Translations under genes and position numbers: made by a program
Assembly (NCBI GenBank): GCA_009103225.1
Contig: RHPI01003079.1
Coordinates: 28,377 to 92,376 of the forward strand
DNA: 64,000 nucleotides
DNA from: Chlorokybus atmophyticus
Lineage: Eukaryota; Plantae; Mesostigma and Chlorokybus algae
Direction of reading: 5' to 3'
The notes under the pieces: generated by a model
Told to the model about the DNA's origin: nothing
Databases searched by the model: none
Seen by the model: only the letters and a program-made list of their open reading frames with translations
Shown: positions 60,520-64,000 of the stretch, in pieces
Layout of the letters: each line of letters opens with the position of its first letter
Numbering within the stretch: the stretch's first letter is position 1

Positions 60520-62318
60520 NCCTCAACATAGTAGAGCCCGCCCTTGTTGCCTACCACATGTGTGACCCCCCCCCCCCCCCGCACTATCCTAGCCTTGTCC
60601 GCATCAAACACAACTCTAGCACCAACCCTTGTGGCTACACATACTGAGAACAAACTAGTCAATGCACCTGGCACATACAGTACATCTCCAAGCACAAACT
60701 TAACTACACCACCAACCTCGCACATGAGGTTGGCGTCTCTCTTTACAACAGCATCCAGCCATTTTTTGTTCCCAAAGTCCACCGTGACTGGCTTAATTAC
60801 ACCACCAACCTCGCACATGAGGTTGGCGTCTCTCTTTACAACAGCATCCAGCATTTTTTTGTTCCCAAAGTCCACCGTGACTGGCTAGGTCAAGGGAGTG
60901 AGGTTGATGAGCTTGCTGCTGTCGCTTGTGAGATGCTTGCTCGCTCCCAAATCCAGCACCCACCCCAGGATACTCCGCTCCATCATCACATGCATAAAGA
61001 GCACATACCCGCTCCTCACCATCAGCCCTTATTCTCTTCCACTTGGGACACTTGCTCCTGACATGACCACGCTCCCCGCAATGCCAACATTCTACATTGC
61101 TGCCTCGAGCGCCCTTTTTCACATGTACATGCTTCGATGAAGTTGCGAACGCCACACATCGGATTCTGCTCCGTTCTTTACTTCATCCTCTTCCTCAAGC
61201 GTTGCTCCTCTTGAAGAAGCCGTGGTGTCATTCCATCCAACGTCAAGTCCTCCGTTGACGACTCTAAGATAGTGATAACAACCCTATACTCCTTGAGCAA
61301 ACCTGAGAGCACAGCCCAAACAACCTCCACCTCCTTGAGCTCATGGCCAACACCAAGCAAGTCTCTCCACAACGCCTTTGCGCGCGCCATGAACTTGACA
61401 ATGGCCTCTGCACTCTCCTTGCGCAATGAGTTGAGCTTCTGCCTTAGCTGCAGTCTCCTCCCCATGCTACGCGCCTTGAAGTGGTTCTTTAGCTTCGTCC
61501 AAAGCTCCCTTGCATCCTTGCACTCCCTCACCAGCACCAAGTGATAATTCGCCATGTGCAAGCCAATCAGCGCCAGAGCCTTCCTCCCTCGAGACGCCCA
61601 AACACTCGCCTCACCAACGGGAACAGTCTTCTTCGGGTCTACATACTTGCCCACAACCCTTTGTGGGCTAGTAGCAGCTCCATCTTCACGTTCCAAATAG
61701 ATGTGGTTGTCAACGTCCAGTGGGTCGATCATGAACTTGATGCTGTCCATGCTGATGACCTTTGTTGCCCCTCTGCTACTCGCAGATCTTGCAACCCATT
61801 ACTCACACAGCATCCACACCTACTCACACAATATAACTAACTACAACCTACACAAGCATGTGTGGGCCCATAACCTGTTGAGATGGACAATGACAAGCAT
61901 ACACATGCACAAGTGGACGTCACAACACCAGCGTCAGGAGACCATACAAGACCATCTATTGCCATCATGTCCACAGGTTTTATACCCGCCAGCTACACAC
62001 GCTTCTACTCTAGAAGCTACTGCATCTAGCATATCCAACTATAACCTGCGCTCTAAGTTGCTCCACGTAGCTAGCTTCAAGAGCTTTCCAACAATAAGCT
62101 ATGGCACACGCCCAATAGTCAAGTAACCTTTGAGATACAATCATTCTACTACAGCGCCTGGAAGTCTCCAGACTCCGAACTCGCCTACTAGGTAATACGC
62201 GCCCGAAACCTTCTCGCACCTGAACCTCTCGACTTGAGTCGCCTGGAACCTTCTAGCGGCTATTCCTATGCAAAAGGCAAGCTGACTGGCTAACCTAGAT
62301 GTAGAAATATCTTCAACA
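59456..62318 (-). mobile_element. Internally deleted Ty1/copia element with both LTRs
   Basis: LTRs 61876-62318 and 59456-59885 (TG...CA); PBS GGTTATGGGCCCA (61875-61863, copia-type internal tRNA-iMet priming); TSD CATAC/CACAC; gag (ECKDARELWTKLKNHF), knuckle CWHCGERGHVRSKC, protease WVLDLGASKHL, pre-integrase GGLYYV; no IN or RT; 93-bp in-frame tandem duplication (60711/60804). Confidence 0.92.
60380..60580. other. Poly-C run with single N and duplicated flanks; probable assembly artefact
   Basis: About 93 C then N at 60520; CCTCAACATAGTAGAGCCCGCCC...TGTGTGAC occurs on both sides. Confidence 0.85.
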
Positions 62319-64000
62319 CACACGGGATGGCGTGGAAGTGTCCCTCTCGCGTTTTTACGCCATCAGAGCTCAGCGGGCGGAGTAGAGGCTTAATAATCCT
62401 ACTCCTTATTTTCTTCCAAGCGTGCCACGCACGCCATGAGGGCTGCCACTTAGTCAAGAGCTGCAGCTGGTGGGTTTGCTGGTGCTTTAATAGCAGCAGC
62501 TCCAGCACGAGGACGTCCCTAGGGCCCTTTGCGCTGTGGAGGGCGGTTCTTCCCTCTGCAACCCGGCTCGTCCTTGCGAGCACCAGTGTTGTTATTGTTG
62601 GGGTTGTAGCCACCAACGTTAGTGCCATTGTTGTGACCACCAGCGTCGCTGCTGTTGTTGTAGCTAATAGAGGGCCGCAGCTCGAGGAACTTGAGCCAGC
62701 ATATTGCCTCCAAGTGTCTTATCTTGTGGCAGTAGTCCCACACAAGGTTGCCATAGTCTTTTGTGCAATTTGTTCGGTAGTGCCCATGCCGACCACATCG
62801 ATGGCACAGTACTGGCGCAACAAGGGTAGCATGTGCTGACCGTTTGACCTTATTGCGAGTGACTGGAGCATCCCAATTGCAATCTCATTGGAGGGGCTTT
62901 GCACTTGTGCTTGCCATGGGCCGTGATGCGCTTTGGTTGGTGTCCAACACTGCTTTCTCATACACCGCGCGCTTGTGGATGGCTTTGGCTTTTGCTTTTG
63001 AAAGCTTCCTTGAGGGTGTAGCCGAGGGGTCTGCTGTAGTTTAGCGTAAAGCGCGCTGACTCACTCAACGTGTGGTCCAACTCAGCCACGTACACCGCCG
63101 CGGCACCCTCACGGACAATCTTGCAGTCAGTGTCCTTCCGCCATCCTTCCAACCGTAAATACAACCCGAGCGGGTCCTCGTTGGGCTTCCGTCATAAGCG
63201 TCTCAGCTCCTCCACCTTGCTGTTAGTTTAAGGTGGGAAGGTGCGCCGCAACTTGCATTGAATGCCGCGTAGAGGTCCTCGAAAGGAAAGTGAAACATGG
63301 TAGCACCAACGATAACGGCTGGTGCGTGCAGTGCCACTAATTTGAGGGTGAAGGTATTGCCTCCTGCTGAAGCACGTGACCTCGGTGTTGGCAGTGGCAA
63401 TGCACCCGTATCCGCAGCTGCAGCTTGTTGCTCAGCGTGCTGCTCTTTGATGATGGCAGCGACGCGATCAAGCACTTTAGAATTATGACGGTCGGCCCTC
63501 TTGATCTCAATCTATGCAGGAATTAAGGTGGCCACCACCATCTCTTTGTCCTCTGCTTTTTGCATAGCTGCAGCTAACGCCTAGCCGGTGACTGCAGGTT
63601 GAGGGAGCACTGCCGCAGGGGCAGCAGCTGCTGAGCTGTGCATTGACGTGGATGCTATGATGCTGGCATGCTCGCCATAGCCATCAACTTTGTGCAACTT
63701 AGCAATGGACTTCCACACATTATGTGTCTCATAATCAAGATACTGAGCCATAATACGAACGACATCTCAGCTGACCAGTCTTTGTTCTGAAGGGCTTGCT
63801 ATCGCATCATGGAGTGGAACTTGATGAACTCATCGAACGGTGTGATCCCTAGACGTCTCTAGACCGCGGAGTTGGTTGAGCTGGAAGGTTCCATCTCTTT
63901 GTCGTCACTCCTGAATAGGGTAGACAAAGTCGTTGACGAGGAGTAAAGTGGAAGGAGGTGAAGCCGGAGATGGGACGAGAGCCTTCGCTGCTACGCTAAC

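Larger units (their letters stand above)
58430..64000 (-). pseudogene. Decayed gag region of a relative of element D, running off the window; interrupted by copia
   Basis: YLRLEGWRKDTDCKIVREGAAAVYVAELD, CHKIRHLEAICWLKFLELRP and RERDTSTPSRV|QPTRRAR align with 30740-33100. Confidence 0.85.

Noticed and set aside
60068-60647. Poly-Gly / poly-Pro ORFs
   Set aside because: Come from a poly-C run with an N and duplicated flanks; probable artefact.

Overview
Eukaryotic genomic DNA, most likely a green alga (GT(G/A)(A/C)GT-type donors, short introns, kangaroo/TOC-like DIRS element); the species cannot be determined from the sequence. One clear host gene is present: a multi-exon peroxisomal IBR3/ACAD11-type kinase-like + acyl-CoA dehydrogenase (minus strand, 6104-10196, ending in SKL). 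From about 12 kb onward the window is a nest of transposons: an intron-containing pogo/Tigger pseudogene, a CACAC...GTGTG (CMC/CACTA-like) non-autonomous element, a PAT/kangaroo-like DIRS element with split direct repeats, a hAT remnant, chromodomain Ty3/gypsy remnants, a deleted Ty1/copia, and four pieces of a Ty3/gypsy lineage. The best-preserved copy of that lineage (29767-40905) has one gag-pol frame with a DNMT3-like cytosine methyltransferase between protease and RT and a PHD finger after integrase. It also has a 4-bp TSD, a Tf1-like self-priming site instead of a tRNA PBS, and permuted terminal repeats (A-internal-B-gc-A-B), as if a 2-LTR circle were opened at a palindrome inside the LTR. 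A second, diverged family member shows the same termini and a 5' end lacking B. The triplicated block at 37-53 kb is joined by single Ns and is probably partly assembly redundancy.
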